Assembly: GCA_934371135.1 (NCBI GenBank)
Contig: CAKRNO010000006.1
Span: forward strand, 7,751 to 71,750
Length of the DNA stretch: 64,000 bases
Reading direction: 5' to 3'
DNA from: an uncultured Eubacteriales bacterium
GTDB taxonomy: Bacteria; Bacillota; Clostridia; Oscillospirales; CAG-272
The notes beneath the pieces are model-generated. The model did no database searches. It was not told the origin of the DNA and saw nothing but the letters and a program-made list of their open reading frames with translations. Both the position numbers and the translations under genes were made by a program. Below are positions 1 through 9,102 of the stretch, piece by piece. Position 1 is the first letter of the stretch. Each line of letters starts with the position of its first letter.

Positions 1-1
1 G

Positions 2-424
2 CGTGCGACGCTGGACGAGGAGATCTTCATGCGCGACCGTTTCCGAAAAGGACAGCACTGGCACACGCTCGAGGGGGCTTTCTATTTCCGCATCGGTGAC
101 GACCATTTCCTCACCTATTCCGGGAACTGCTATCAGAACGAAACCTATTATATCGGGTACGCGGTGGCACACGGGCACACCGATGACCTGACGAAGCTGC
201 ACTTCCATAAGTATCCGGACGACAACACCTATTGCCCGCTCGTCGCGAAGAACGACGTCGAGGAGGGCACGGGGCACAACAGCGTGCTCGCCGAGGGGGG
301 GCATCTCTACCTTTTCTACCACGGCAGAGATTACGGCACCCGCGGCACCGCCGCGGACGTGCGGACGGCGCGCGTCTGCGAGATCGCGGAGCGCGACGGG
401 AAACTCGAAGTCGTCAGTCGCTGA
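2..424 (+). CDS. GH43-like glycoside hydrolase, C-terminal fragment (start lies upstream of the window)
   Basis: The frame is open from the window edge to TGA 422-424. The translation (...FYFRIGDDHFLTYSGNCYQNETYYIGYAVA...GTGHNSVLAEGGHLYLFYHGRD) looks like the last propeller blades of GH43 enzymes. Confidence 0.65.
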   Translation, partial: RATLDEEIFMRDRFRKGQHWHTLEGAFYFRIGDDHFLTYSGNCYQNETYYIGYAVAHGHTDDLTKLHFHKYPDDNTYCPLVAKNDVEEGTGHNSVLAEGGHLYLFYHGRDYGTRGTAADVRTARVCEIAERDGKLEVVSR

Positions 425-437
425 AAAACAAAAAACC

Positions 438-480
438 GGAGGGGGATCCCCCTCCCGCCGGGCAGGGAACCTGCCCGGCG
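438..480. terminator. Two tandem GC hairpins after the GH43 fragment; the U-tract is only on the antisense side
   Basis: GGAGGGGGATCCCCCTCC (438-455) is followed by CGCCGGGCAGG-GAA-CCTGCCCGGCG (456-480). It is preceded by AAAAACAAAAAACC, the same A-tract that precedes the hairpin at 4692. Confidence 0.4.
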
Positions 481-557
481 GGAACAAGAAGACAACAACA
501 AAGAGCTGTTAACCGAGGCGGGTCGCCCCCGCAATAACCGAAAAAGGAGATCAGCCT

Positions 558-2783
558 ATGAAAACAAAATGGTGTATGACATTTCTTCTGGCGCTCGTGA
601 CCCTGCTGTCCGTTGCGCTCCTTGCCGCCTGCGGCGGGGACAAAACGCCCAAGAAGACTTATTTGTCGATGAAAATTGACGCGTCAGGGGTCGGCGCACT
701 CACGGACGGGGACCTCTTCGACCCGAAAACGCTCCGTGTCACCATGACCGCCGACCGCGGCGCCGACGGCGTTCTCAATCTCGGGGACGCTACCGTCACG
801 GTGGACGGCGCCGCCTATACCGGCTCACCGATCGAGGTGCATGAACCGTCCTGCACGGTGAAGATCGTGTACGAGCAGGGAGAGGGAAAGCAGACGCTCA
901 CAGGGGAAGTGACGCTGGACGTCGCGAAAAAGACCGATCCCGCGCCGACGCCGAAGAAAGCGAAAGTCATCATCATGGCAGGGCAGAGCAACATGGTCGG
1001 GCACAGCATGGTGGACAGTCTGACGCCGGAACAGTTGGCGAAGTATCAGGCGGGTTTCAAAAATGTGCTGATCTTCAATTCCTGCAATCCGTATAACCCC
1101 AAAACCGACAAACGGAATCTGACGACGAACTTCATTCCCGTCAAGACGGGTATGGGCAGGATCCCGGACGATACGACCAACTGGCCGAACTGGTGCTTCG
1201 GTCCCGAGCTCGGGCTCGCCGAGTATCTCTCGGAGACCTATCCCGACGAGACATTCTACATCATTAAAGACGCGACGGGCGGCACGACTCTGCACGACAA
1301 GTGGTATTCGCCCTCCTCGCTCGCCTATCTCGGGAAGGAAACCCTCGCGGAAAACAGCCTGTATGCTCACCTGCTCACCCGCGTGGACGAAGGCATGGGA
1401 CTGCTCGGGGAAAGCAACATTGATGCAGAGATCGTCGCCCTCCTCTGGATGCAGGGCGAGAGCGACGCGAGCCAGTATACCGCCGATTACGCGACGCTGT
1501 GGGCGAACTTCGCCGGCGACCTCGTCGCGGATTGGGAGAGCAAAGGCTATGTGACGGAGAACGGGCTCGCCACGATCGACGGCGGCATCACCGAATATTG
1601 GGCAAACTATGAAATTCTCAACGCCGTCAAAGAACTCTGGGCGGCAGAACACTCCAAAGGGTACTATGTGGACGTCCTCGGCGCGGGTCTGACCCGTAAG
1701 CCGAGCGACCCCGCCCATCTGGATTCTCCCTCGATGCTCCGCCTCGGGCGGCTGTTCGGAGAGAAACTCTCGCTCGCGATCGCCGACCTCGGGAATGCGG
1801 CGACTGTGACACCCGTTACGCTCCGCGGCACGGGCACGGCGGCCGATCCGTATCTCGTCGGGTCTTATGCCGAATGGCTGCGGCTCGCGCATACGGCGTT
1901 CATCGACGCAGACGCGCTCACGGGCAAGTACATCAGACTGACGTCCGATATCGGGAGTGCCGATGTGCCGGTGCGCGCATCGCTCGGTGTCACCTCCGTG
2001 AGACCCTTTGCCGGCACGATCGACGGCGACGGACACACCATTTACGTGAACCTCCGTAACCGGCAGTTCAAGACAGAGGGGCGCGCCATGGGGCTCATCG
2101 GCTACGCGAACGGCGCGACGCTCGAGAATCTCACGGTCGCGGGCGACGTGACCCTGACCGTCGGCAACTTCTACGCCGCCGGTTTCATCGGGATGGTGCA
2201 GTGGGCGAACGGCGCCGTGACCACCATCAGAAACTGCGTCAACATGGCGACGGTCAACGTGACCGGCGTGTCGAACGCCGCGGGCTTCGTCGGGCGGATG
2301 CTCGGCAACCTCACGGTGGAAAACTCGGAGAACAAAGGCAATGTGACAACCGCCGGTAACTATGCCGCAGGCATCGTCGGCTACATCAATATTTCGACCG
2401 CCGCGGGCGCCGGTGCGCCCTCCCTCACCGTCATCGGTACGGTGAACTCGGGGAATATTACGGGTCAGACGGGCGTCGGCGGTATCGTCGGTCTGTTCAT
2501 GACCGGGGCTTCCGGCGGGACGCACGTGCTGACGGATGTCTCGAATACAGGTACCCTCACGGGTAACACGCAGGTCGGCGGCATCATCGGCGTCGTGACG
2601 AGCCAGGCGGCGAGCGGCTTTCATATCACGGTTATTTACCTGGAGGCGGGGCTGAAAGACGAAAGCGGTGCGGACATCGTGATCGGCGCGGACGGCAACA
2701 AGCGGACAACCGCCGTCACGAAGCGGCTCGCCGCGGGCGACCCCGACGGGGGCAATTACGGAGAATTCAAGCCGTTCAAGTGA
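558..2783 (+). CDS. Lipoprotein: SASA/SGNH-type carbohydrate (sialate O-acetyl-like) esterase fused to a C-terminal GLUG-repeat domain
   Basis: RBS AAGGAGA. Lipobox LLAACGG. Esterase motifs IIMAGQSNMVGH and WMQGESDA. FAGTIDGDGHTIYVNL is followed by about 8 repeats containing AAGF(I/V)G, AAGIVG and GVGGIVG. Confidence 0.8.
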   Translation: MKTKWCMTFLLALVTLLSVALLAACGGDKTPKKTYLSMKIDASGVGALTDGDLFDPKTLRVTMTADRGADGVLNLGDATVTVDGAAYTGSPIEVHEPSCTVKIVYEQGEGKQTLTGEVTLDVAKKTDPAPTPKKAKVIIMAGQSNMVGHSMVDSLTPEQLAKYQAGFKNVLIFNSCNPYNPKTDKRNLTTNFIPVKTGMGRIPDDTTNWPNWCFGPELGLAEYLSETYPDETFYIIKDATGGTTLHDKWYSPSSLAYLGKETLAENSLYAHLLTRVDEGMGLLGESNIDAEIVALLWMQGESDASQYTADYATLWANFAGDLVADWESKGYVTENGLATIDGGITEYWANYEILNAVKELWAAEHSKGYYVDVLGAGLTRKPSDPAHLDSPSMLRLGRLFGEKLSLAIADLGNAATVTPVTLRGTGTAADPYLVGSYAEWLRLAHTAFIDADALTGKYIRLTSDIGSADVPVRASLGVTSVRPFAGTIDGDGHTIYVNLRNRQFKTEGRAMGLIGYANGATLENLTVAGDVTLTVGNFYAAGFIGMVQWANGAVTTIRNCVNMATVNVTGVSNAAGFVGRMLGNLTVENSENKGNVTTAGNYAAGIVGYINISTAAGAGAPSLTVIGTVNSGNITGQTGVGGIVGLFMTGASGGTHVLTDVSNTGTLTGNTQVGGIIGVVTSQAASGFHITVIYLEAGLKDESGADIVIGADGNKRTTAVTKRLAAGDPDGGNYGEFKPFK

Positions 2784-2811
2784 ACGGCGGGTTTAGCGAA
2801 AGGAGAATACC

Positions 2812-2964
2812 ATGAACGACCGCAAGCAGACCTGGGCACCGCCCGAAGTGGAGATCATTTTTCTCGGGGCAGACGACGTCATCCGTACCTCCGGCACAGA
2901 GATCAGGAACGAGGGCTACGGGGACACAACGACCTGGAACGACCTGTTCGGCGACAACGGTTGA
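2812..2964 (+). CDS. Unannotated small ORF, 50 aa acidic protein (MNDRKQTWAPPEVEIIFLGADDVIRTSGTEIRNEGYGDTTTWNDLFGDNG)
   Basis: ATG lies 7 nt after AAAGGAGA. About 80 percent G/C at third codon positions, like neighbouring genes. It fills the otherwise empty 220-nt gap between two GLUG genes. It is below the 60-aa cutoff of the ORF track. Confidence 0.5.
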   Translation: MNDRKQTWAPPEVEIIFLGADDVIRTSGTEIRNEGYGDTTTWNDLFGDNG

Positions 2965-3003
2965 CCGCCGACATCATCAGAACGAAACGAAAGGGTAACT
3001 AAC

Positions 3004-4671
3004 ATGAAAAAGATCATTTCGCTCCTACTCTGCATCGTTTTGACCGTGGCGGCGCTCGCCGTGTTCTCCGTGGCGGCATCCGCCGGGGAGACGGACACGC
3101 CCGCGGCAACAAACGACGTCACCCCGAAGGGGTATCAGAACCGTAACAGCGGTTACGGTGTGCGCATCGTGGCGCAGATCGCGAACGCGGAAAACTACCG
3201 CGAGGTCGGCTTTGTCCTCTCGGACGGCACAAAGGAAACGACGCGCGCGGCGACCTATATGTTCAAGACGCTGCTCGCCTCCGATACGGAGGGCGGCGAC
3301 ACCTACGTCACCCTCACGGCAGAGGAGGGCTGCTACCTCTTTGCGCTCGCGATTGAGGAGGTCGCGGCAGAGGGGGAGCTGACGCTCGTCTTCAAGCCGT
3401 ATGCCGTCGATAAGAACGGCAACACGCTGTACGGCGCCGAAAAGACGCTGGTGAAAGCGAAGAATGCGGGCTTTACGGAGGGAGAAGCGCATACCACCCA
3501 CACGCCGGTTCACCATGAAGCGACTGCCGCCACCGCGGCAAGTTACGCGACGGCATGGAACACGGAATACTGGTCCTGCGAAGGCTGTTCCAAACTGTTT
3601 AGTGACGCCGCTTGCACGACCGAGGTCGAGGCAGATGCGGTCATGGCACCGGCGCAGAAGGATAATGCGGACTTTGTCAACAGCGAAACGAATCCTTATC
3701 TGCTCGCGAACGTAGAGGACTACAATGCTTTTGCGGCAGCGGTCAGTGCGGGCGATACCATGGCGGGTAAATTCGCCAAGATCACCGTTGACCTCGGCAC
3801 GACGGAAGCACCGATTACGGCGCCGATTGGTACGGTGGACAAATATTTCGGCGGTACGCTTGACGGAGACAACCATACCGTCATCGTAGAACTGAACGAA
3901 AATGCCGCTGTCGGTCTTGTCAGTTACCTCGCGGGCGGCACGGTGAAAAACGTTACAGTTCGCGGTAACGTCACGCGTCAGACGGCTTCCAAAGCGTCCT
4001 ATGCGGGCGGTATCGTCGGTATGATCACTTCGGCAGGCGGTACTGTGACGAACTGCACGAATCGTGCGACCGTAACCGCACCTTCTAACTGCTATGCGGG
4101 CGGTATTATCGGGCATACAAACGGTGTTGCGACGATTGCAAATTGTGTTAACTATGGCTCTGTGACCGCAGGGCGCAACGTCGGCGGTATTATTGGCGGT
4201 TCCGGTCTTGCAGGCGCAAAGATGACCATTACCGATGTCACTAACCATGGTGCGGTGACGGGGAGTGCCAATTATGTCGGCGGTATCGTCGGATATATCA
4301 ACAGCAAGGGGAATGTGCTGACGAACTGTACCAATACCGGTGATGTGACAGGTGTTAATTGTGTCGGTGGTATCGTCGGGCTTCTGAACCAGAATGGTAT
4401 GTCTGCGACCGTGGACGGTGCAACGGTAGAGAACTGCACCATCTCCGGCACGCAGTCTGTCGGCGGCTGGATCGGCAGGATCGGTGCTAAATCGACCGCG
4501 ACCTACAAGAACTACACGGTTCCGACCGGTGTGACATACAAACTGAATGGTGCGGAGATGACTGCTACTGCGGGCTTTGACACCACCAACCGGACAGACG
4601 GTGCCAAAACGACTACGCCCGGCGAGGCGTTCGGTACCTGTGCGGGCACGGCGACCAACGTCACCGAATAA
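3004..4671 (+). CDS. Secreted GLUG-repeat protein with an unknown N-terminal beta-rich domain and a His/Cys motif
   Basis: Signal peptide MKKIISLLLCIVLTVAALAVFSVAASA. FGGTLDGDNHTVIVEL is followed by repeats containing YAGGIVG, YAGGIIG, NVGGIIG and CVGGIVG. A motif HTTHTPVHH...YWSCEGCSKLFSD is also present. Confidence 0.8.
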   Translation: MKKIISLLLCIVLTVAALAVFSVAASAGETDTPAATNDVTPKGYQNRNSGYGVRIVAQIANAENYREVGFVLSDGTKETTRAATYMFKTLLASDTEGGDTYVTLTAEEGCYLFALAIEEVAAEGELTLVFKPYAVDKNGNTLYGAEKTLVKAKNAGFTEGEAHTTHTPVHHEATAATAASYATAWNTEYWSCEGCSKLFSDAACTTEVEADAVMAPAQKDNADFVNSETNPYLLANVEDYNAFAAAVSAGDTMAGKFAKITVDLGTTEAPITAPIGTVDKYFGGTLDGDNHTVIVELNENAAVGLVSYLAGGTVKNVTVRGNVTRQTASKASYAGGIVGMITSAGGTVTNCTNRATVTAPSNCYAGGIIGHTNGVATIANCVNYGSVTAGRNVGGIIGGSGLAGAKMTITDVTNHGAVTGSANYVGGIVGYINSKGNVLTNCTNTGDVTGVNCVGGIVGLLNQNGMSATVDGATVENCTISGTQSVGGWIGRIGAKSTATYKNYTVPTGVTYKLNGAEMTATAGFDTTNRTDGAKTTTPGEAFGTCAGTATNVTE

Positions 4672-4691
4672 AAAACAAAAAACCAGCAACG

Positions 4692-4728
4692 CCCCTACGC
4701 GGATCGAATCCGCGTGGGGGAATTTTTC
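4692..4728. terminator. Bidirectional intrinsic terminator between the convergent GLUG gene and araC-family gene
   Basis: Stem CCCCTACGCGGAT/ATCCGCGTGGGGG is followed by AATTTTT on the plus strand. It is preceded by AAAAACAAAAAACC, which gives a U-tract on the minus strand. Confidence 0.6.
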
Positions 4729-4863
4729 CGGGGCATGACAAAGAGAGCCACCGTGTCGCGGTGGCTCTCTTGCTTATCTGTTTTGGGCGGTCGCTGTTTG
4801 GCGGCGCGGTCGTACTGCTTCACCGGGGGTGTGCGGTGCTGTTACCGGGCACGCCCCGGCGCG

Positions 4864-5697
4864 TCAGCGGTGGTTACGGAAATAATCTTTCGCGTACTCG
4901 GTCGGGGAGACGCCCGTTTCGAGTTTAAACATTTTGGAGAACGTGTAGACCGAGGAGTATCCCGTCATCTCGGCAATTCTCCCGATGGAGGCATCGTCAC
5001 CGATGAGCAGTTCCTTCGCCTTTTTGATACGGACGGTACGCAGGTACTTGATAGGCGACTCGCCGTACACACGGGTGAATACCTTGCGGAAATACACCGT
5101 CGAGATGCCCGCCATGGCGGCGAGGCTTTCGTTCGTGATATGTTTATCGAAATAGCGGGTGCGGATGTAGTCAATCACGGGCTCGAGCATATGCCGGTAG
5201 GAGCTCGGGAGGTAGGTCTCCTTGTGCTCTGTGACCGTTGCCTTGTCGAGAATTTTATAAAATATGGATTTGCACTTGAGGAGATAATTGTCTTTTTTGA
5301 GGTCCCAAAGGTTCGCGACGTTCAGGAGCATCGTGGCAATCTCCCGGCTGACGGCGTCGGAGAGGGGAAATTCATAGAAATCGAACGATTCTCCCTCGAG
5401 CTCTCCTTCGAACTCGATCGTGATACATTTCCCCTGCTGACCGAGCTGCCACTGGTAACGGGCGTCTTTCGAGATCAGGAGCAGGTGATGCGGGTCGGTG
5501 ACGTAGGTCTTGCCACCCGCGTAGTAGTAGGTCAACCCCTCGATCTTCAGCGTCAGGGCATAGGTCGAGCGGTCGTTGCGCGTGATGCGCTTCGTCTCGT
5601 ATCGGTAGATGGTGTTGACGGCGAGGATCCTGTGGAGGATCAGCCTTGAAATCGTTTTAGCATCCATAGTGAGGTTATTATAAAGCATTTTATACAA
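4864..5697 (-). CDS. AraC family transcriptional regulator
   Basis: C-terminal double HTH (ESLAAMAGISTVYFRKVFTRVYGESPIKYL...IGRIAEMTGYSSVYTFSKMFKLETGVSPTEY) and an N-terminal cupin-like sensor domain. The track start is a TTG at 5697. ATG 5667 (MDAKTISRL) is the likelier start (see promoter 5677-5705). Confidence 0.9.
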   Translation of the reverse strand: MYKMLYNNLTMDAKTISRLILHRILAVNTIYRYETKRITRNDRSTYALTLKIEGLTYYYAGGKTYVTDPHHLLLISKDARYQWQLGQQGKCITIEFEGELEGESFDFYEFPLSDAVSREIATMLLNVANLWDLKKDNYLLKCKSIFYKILDKATVTEHKETYLPSSYRHMLEPVIDYIRTRYFDKHITNESLAAMAGISTVYFRKVFTRVYGESPIKYLRTVRIKKAKELLIGDDASIGRIAEMTGYSSVYTFSKMFKLETGVSPTEYAKDYFRNHR

Positions 5698-5705
5698 AAA
5701 TTCAA
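5677..5705 (-). promoter_or_regulatory. Predicted sigma-A promoter of the araC-family gene (possibly near-leaderless)
   Basis: Minus strand reads TTGAAT, a 17-nt spacer, TATAAT, then only 9 nt to ATG 5667. There is no Shine-Dalgarno sequence in front of any candidate start. Confidence 0.4.
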
Positions 5706-5706
5706 C

Positions 5707-5736
5707 CGCTATTTTGATTTTTTAACGCTATTTTGA
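5707..5736. promoter_or_regulatory. Direct repeat CGCTATTTTGA x2 (19-nt period), candidate AraC-type binding site
   Basis: Exact 11-mers at 5707-5717 and 5726-5736. They lie in the divergent intergenic region, abutting the -35 of the minus-strand promoter and about 45-75 nt upstream of the plus-strand -35. Confidence 0.35.
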
Positions 5737-5779
5737 CACGGGTTAAGTATCATAACGGATAAAAATATCATAATGGGCA

Positions 5780-5809
5780 TTTACAGATTTTCAGGCATCC
5801 CCCTATAAT
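5780..5809 (+). promoter_or_regulatory. Predicted sigma-A promoter of the 5865-17559 operon
   Basis: TTTACA, an 18-nt spacer, then TATAAT, about 55 nt upstream of the oxidoreductase start. Confidence 0.5.
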
Positions 5810-5864
5810 AAAAATGTAAAACGGGCGCGCCCGCGCGCCTGCACCATTTCGAGAGGACAGAATC

Positions 5865-6914
5865 ATGGCGGAAAACGGAAAACTTCGCATCGGTATCTTC
5901 GGCATCGGACACAATCATGCGGCGGCAGCCATCAGCGCGCTCAGGGTGCGTGAGGACGTGGAAATCGTCGGACTGTGTGAGCCGGACGACGCGGTGCGGG
6001 AAAAGCGGCTGCGGGAGAATCCCAATGTCTACGGTGATATCCCTGTGATGAGCGAGGAGCGCCTTCTCGCTTCGGGTATCCGCGCCGCGATGGTCGAAGC
6101 CTCCGTCCCCGATCTTGTACCGACGGCGCTCCGCTGTGCGGAAGCCGGGCTCCATATCCACATGGATAAGCCCGCCGGTATCGATCTTTCGCTCTATCGC
6201 ACGTTCCTTGATGTCATGCGGGAGAAACACCTCGTCTTTCAGACCGGGTATATGTACCGCTACAACGCCGGTGTGCGTTACGTTCTGGAGCGCGTCCGCA
6301 CCGGGGCGCTCGGCAGGATCTACAACATCACGGCGGAGATGTGCACCAAGCACCCCGGCTGGTTCGAACGGCAGCTCATCGGCTACGGCGTCAAGGCGCC
6401 GGTCATGTACATCTTCGGCGGGCACCTCATCGACCTCTGTATGCAGGTCAAGGGGGTACCCGCGGAGCTGACCGCTTTCCACACCGAGTCGGGCGACGGC
6501 GACCTCCACTTCGAGGATACCTCTCTCGCGGTTCTGACCTATCCCGACGGGATCGCGACCGTGCGCGTCTCCTCCTGCGAGGTCAACGGCTGGGGGCTGC
6601 GCGAGTTCACGGTCTACGGGGAGCGCGGCACCATCTCGGTCAGCCCCCTGGAATCTCCCATGCACATCCGGGAGACCATGCTCGCCGAGCAGGAGCCGTG
6701 GAAGGACCGCTACCACACGGTGGAGATCCCCGAGGTCGGGCGGTACGACGTCATGATGCACGATTTCGTGTACATGGTGGAGGGGAAGATCCCCTACGAC
6801 GTCGATTTCACCCATGAATACCTGCTCCAGAAACTGACGCTCGAGGCGTGCGGTTACACGGCGGAGGAAATGAATGCCAACGCTTCCATCACTGCCCGTG
6901 CGTCGGGTGATTGA
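5865..6914 (+). CDS. Gfo/Idh/MocA family NAD(P)-dependent oxidoreductase
   Basis: N-terminal Rossmann segment LRIGIFGIGHNHAAAAISAL, length about 350 aa, RBS GAGAGGA. Confidence 0.85.
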   Translation: MAENGKLRIGIFGIGHNHAAAAISALRVREDVEIVGLCEPDDAVREKRLRENPNVYGDIPVMSEERLLASGIRAAMVEASVPDLVPTALRCAEAGLHIHMDKPAGIDLSLYRTFLDVMREKHLVFQTGYMYRYNAGVRYVLERVRTGALGRIYNITAEMCTKHPGWFERQLIGYGVKAPVMYIFGGHLIDLCMQVKGVPAELTAFHTESGDGDLHFEDTSLAVLTYPDGIATVRVSSCEVNGWGLREFTVYGERGTISVSPLESPMHIRETMLAEQEPWKDRYHTVEIPEVGRYDVMMHDFVYMVEGKIPYDVDFTHEYLLQKLTLEACGYTAEEMNANASITARASGD

Positions 6915-6940
6915 CAAACGAAACGCGAAAAGAGGATAAT
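6911..6940 (+). promoter_or_regulatory. Possible internal promoter ahead of the EamA gene
   Basis: TTGACA, an 18-nt spacer, then GATAAT. It overlaps the stop codon of the oxidoreductase gene. Confidence 0.3.
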
Positions 6941-7035
6941 ACAATTGAAAAGATCTGACGGAAAAGCTGCCATCGTGACCGGTGCCGGCGGCAGACATCC
7001 CGCCTCGCGCGGTAACGGGCCGAGGGACTGACACG

Positions 7036-8106
7036 GTGACGCATTCCATCCAAACGACACAAGCGGTGACGCCGCAGGCAGGTCAGCCGGACAGCACCGC
7101 CGGCACCACCCAAACGGGCGCAGAATCCGCCGGTAGCGGGAGCCGCAGAGCCACGCTGACGGCAGTCGGGCTCGGGCTCATCGTCATGCTCCTCTGGGGG
7201 TCACTGTTCCCCTTCGTCAAATACGGGTACAAGGTGTTCGAGATCGACACGTCGTTCTACCCGAACCTAGTCCTTTTCGCCGGGGTGCGGTTCCTTGTGA
7301 GCGGCGCGCTCCTCTCGGCGTTCTGCCTCGCGACGCGGCGGACGTACCTCCTCCGGCAACCGAAGAAGTGGCTACCGACCGCGCTCGTCGCCCTGTTTGC
7401 CGTGGTGCTCCACTATGCCTGCACCTATATCAGCCTCGGGCAGATCGACAGCTCCAAGACGGCGCTCCTCAAACAATCGGGTGTGCTCGTGTTCGTCTGC
7501 TTCTCGTTTCTGTTCTTCCGTGACGACCGACTGACGCCGGGGAAGATCATCGGCGCCGTGTGCGGCGTCGCCTCGGTGCTGGTCATCAATCTGGATTCCT
7601 TTAAGATCACGTTCGGTCTCGGGACGGCGCTCGTCATCGGGGCGAGCTTCTGCACCGTGATCTCCAACATCGTCTTCAAAAAGAGCTTTCACGACGTTCC
7701 CGCCGTGACCGTCACGGGGTACTCGCAGCTCATGGGCGGTCTGCTCCTGACCGTACTCGGGCTTGCCCTCGGGGGGCGGATCACCTCGTTCGGCTGGCGC
7801 GCCGCGCTCGTCATGCTGTATATCGTCGCGGCGACGGTCGTCAGCTACGGGCTGTGGTACTACGTCGTACAGAAATACGCCCTCTCGAAGCTCTTTATCA
7901 TCAAGATGGCGGAGCCGCTGTTCGCGGCGCTCGTCAGCGTGCTGTTGCCGCTCGGGACGCATCTGACCTGGCAGCACGCCGCTGCCTTTGCCCTCGTTGC
8001 CGTCGCCGTGTGCGTGAGCAACATACAATTCCCGAAACGAAGCAAAATCAAGAAAACCGTGTCCGCGGCAAGTAATGCCACGGAAGAAGAAGGAGAAACG
8101 AAATGA
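7036..8106 (+). CDS. EamA/DMT family transporter
   Basis: About 10 hydrophobic helices in two EamA-like halves. GTG 7036 has GAGGGA 8 nt upstream. The ORF is open back to GTG 6982, so the start is uncertain. Confidence 0.8.
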   Translation: MTHSIQTTQAVTPQAGQPDSTAGTTQTGAESAGSGSRRATLTAVGLGLIVMLLWGSLFPFVKYGYKVFEIDTSFYPNLVLFAGVRFLVSGALLSAFCLATRRTYLLRQPKKWLPTALVALFAVVLHYACTYISLGQIDSSKTALLKQSGVLVFVCFSFLFFRDDRLTPGKIIGAVCGVASVLVINLDSFKITFGLGTALVIGASFCTVISNIVFKKSFHDVPAVTVTGYSQLMGGLLLTVLGLALGGRITSFGWRAALVMLYIVAATVVSYGLWYYVVQKYALSKLFIIKMAEPLFAALVSVLLPLGTHLTWQHAAAFALVAVAVCVSNIQFPKRSKIKKTVSAASNATEEEGETK

Positions 8107-9092
8107 AAGCCATGCTGATCGATGCCGACAAACAGTTTGTCTGGAGCGACGTCGCGGAACCCGTCCTCACGGACGACGGCGTCATCGTCGAGATCTATGC
8201 CGCCGCGCTGAACCGCGCCGACCTCCTACAGCGGCAAGGGACGTATCCGTCGCCCGCCGGCTGGCCGCAGTGGCCGGGGCTCGAACTCGCGGGGAAGATC
8301 ATCGCGATGGGCAGGACCGCGGAGCGCGAGAGCGGGTATCACATCGGGGACAGCGTCTGCGCCCTCGTGGGCGGCGGCGCGTATGCGGAGCGCATCGCCC
8401 TGCCGTATCAACTGCTCCTGCCGGTGCCGCAGGGAATGAGCATGGAGGAAGCCTCTACGCTCCCCGAAGCCTATACGACCAGTTATCTGAACCTCTTTGT
8501 CGAGGGGCATCTCACCGCCGGTCAGGTGCTGTACGTTGCCGCCGGGGCGAGCGGGCTCGCCAGCGCGGCGATCCCGATGGGGAAGCTCAACGGCGCTTAC
8601 GTCGTGACGAGCGTACAGACGCGCGCCGCGGCAGAGAAAATCAAAAACCTCGGCGCCGATGAGATCATCATCCAGGAAGAAGAAAGCATCCCCGACGCGT
8701 TCGCGAGACTGGAGCGCGAGGGGCACCCGGTGAACGTCTGCATGGACTGCCTCGCCGGTAAAGATCTCGGCGACGCGATGCCTTTCATGGCGGCAGGTGG
8801 CTACTGGGTCGTCATCTCGACGCTCGCGGGCATCACGACGGAGATCAAACTCCGCCCGCTCCTGACGCGGGGACTGCACCTCGTCGGCAGTATGCTCCGC
8901 CGACGCTCGAACGACGAAAAGCACGAGCTGCTGACGGCTCTCCGCGACAATATGTGGCACTGGTTTGAGGACGGGACGCTGAAGCCGTCCGTCTATCGCG
9001 TACTGGATATTTCCGAAGTGGACGAAGCGCATGGGATCCTCGAACGATACGAGAACACCGGCAAGGTCGTCCTGCGTGTGAAACAACCGTAA
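8103..9092 (+). CDS. NAD(P)H:quinone oxidoreductase (zeta-crystallin/PIG3-type MDR family)
   Basis: LNRADLLQRQGTYP, VAAGASGLASAAI and a C-terminal TGKVVLRV. ATGA overlap with the EamA stop. Confidence 0.85.
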   Translation: MKAMLIDADKQFVWSDVAEPVLTDDGVIVEIYAAALNRADLLQRQGTYPSPAGWPQWPGLELAGKIIAMGRTAERESGYHIGDSVCALVGGGAYAERIALPYQLLLPVPQGMSMEEASTLPEAYTTSYLNLFVEGHLTAGQVLYVAAGASGLASAAIPMGKLNGAYVVTSVQTRAAAEKIKNLGADEIIIQEEESIPDAFARLEREGHPVNVCMDCLAGKDLGDAMPFMAAGGYWVVISTLAGITTEIKLRPLLTRGLHLVGSMLRRRSNDEKHELLTALRDNMWHWFEDGTLKPSVYRVLDISEVDEAHGILERYENTGKVVLRVKQP

Positions 9093-9102
9093 GGGAGGCA
9101 CT

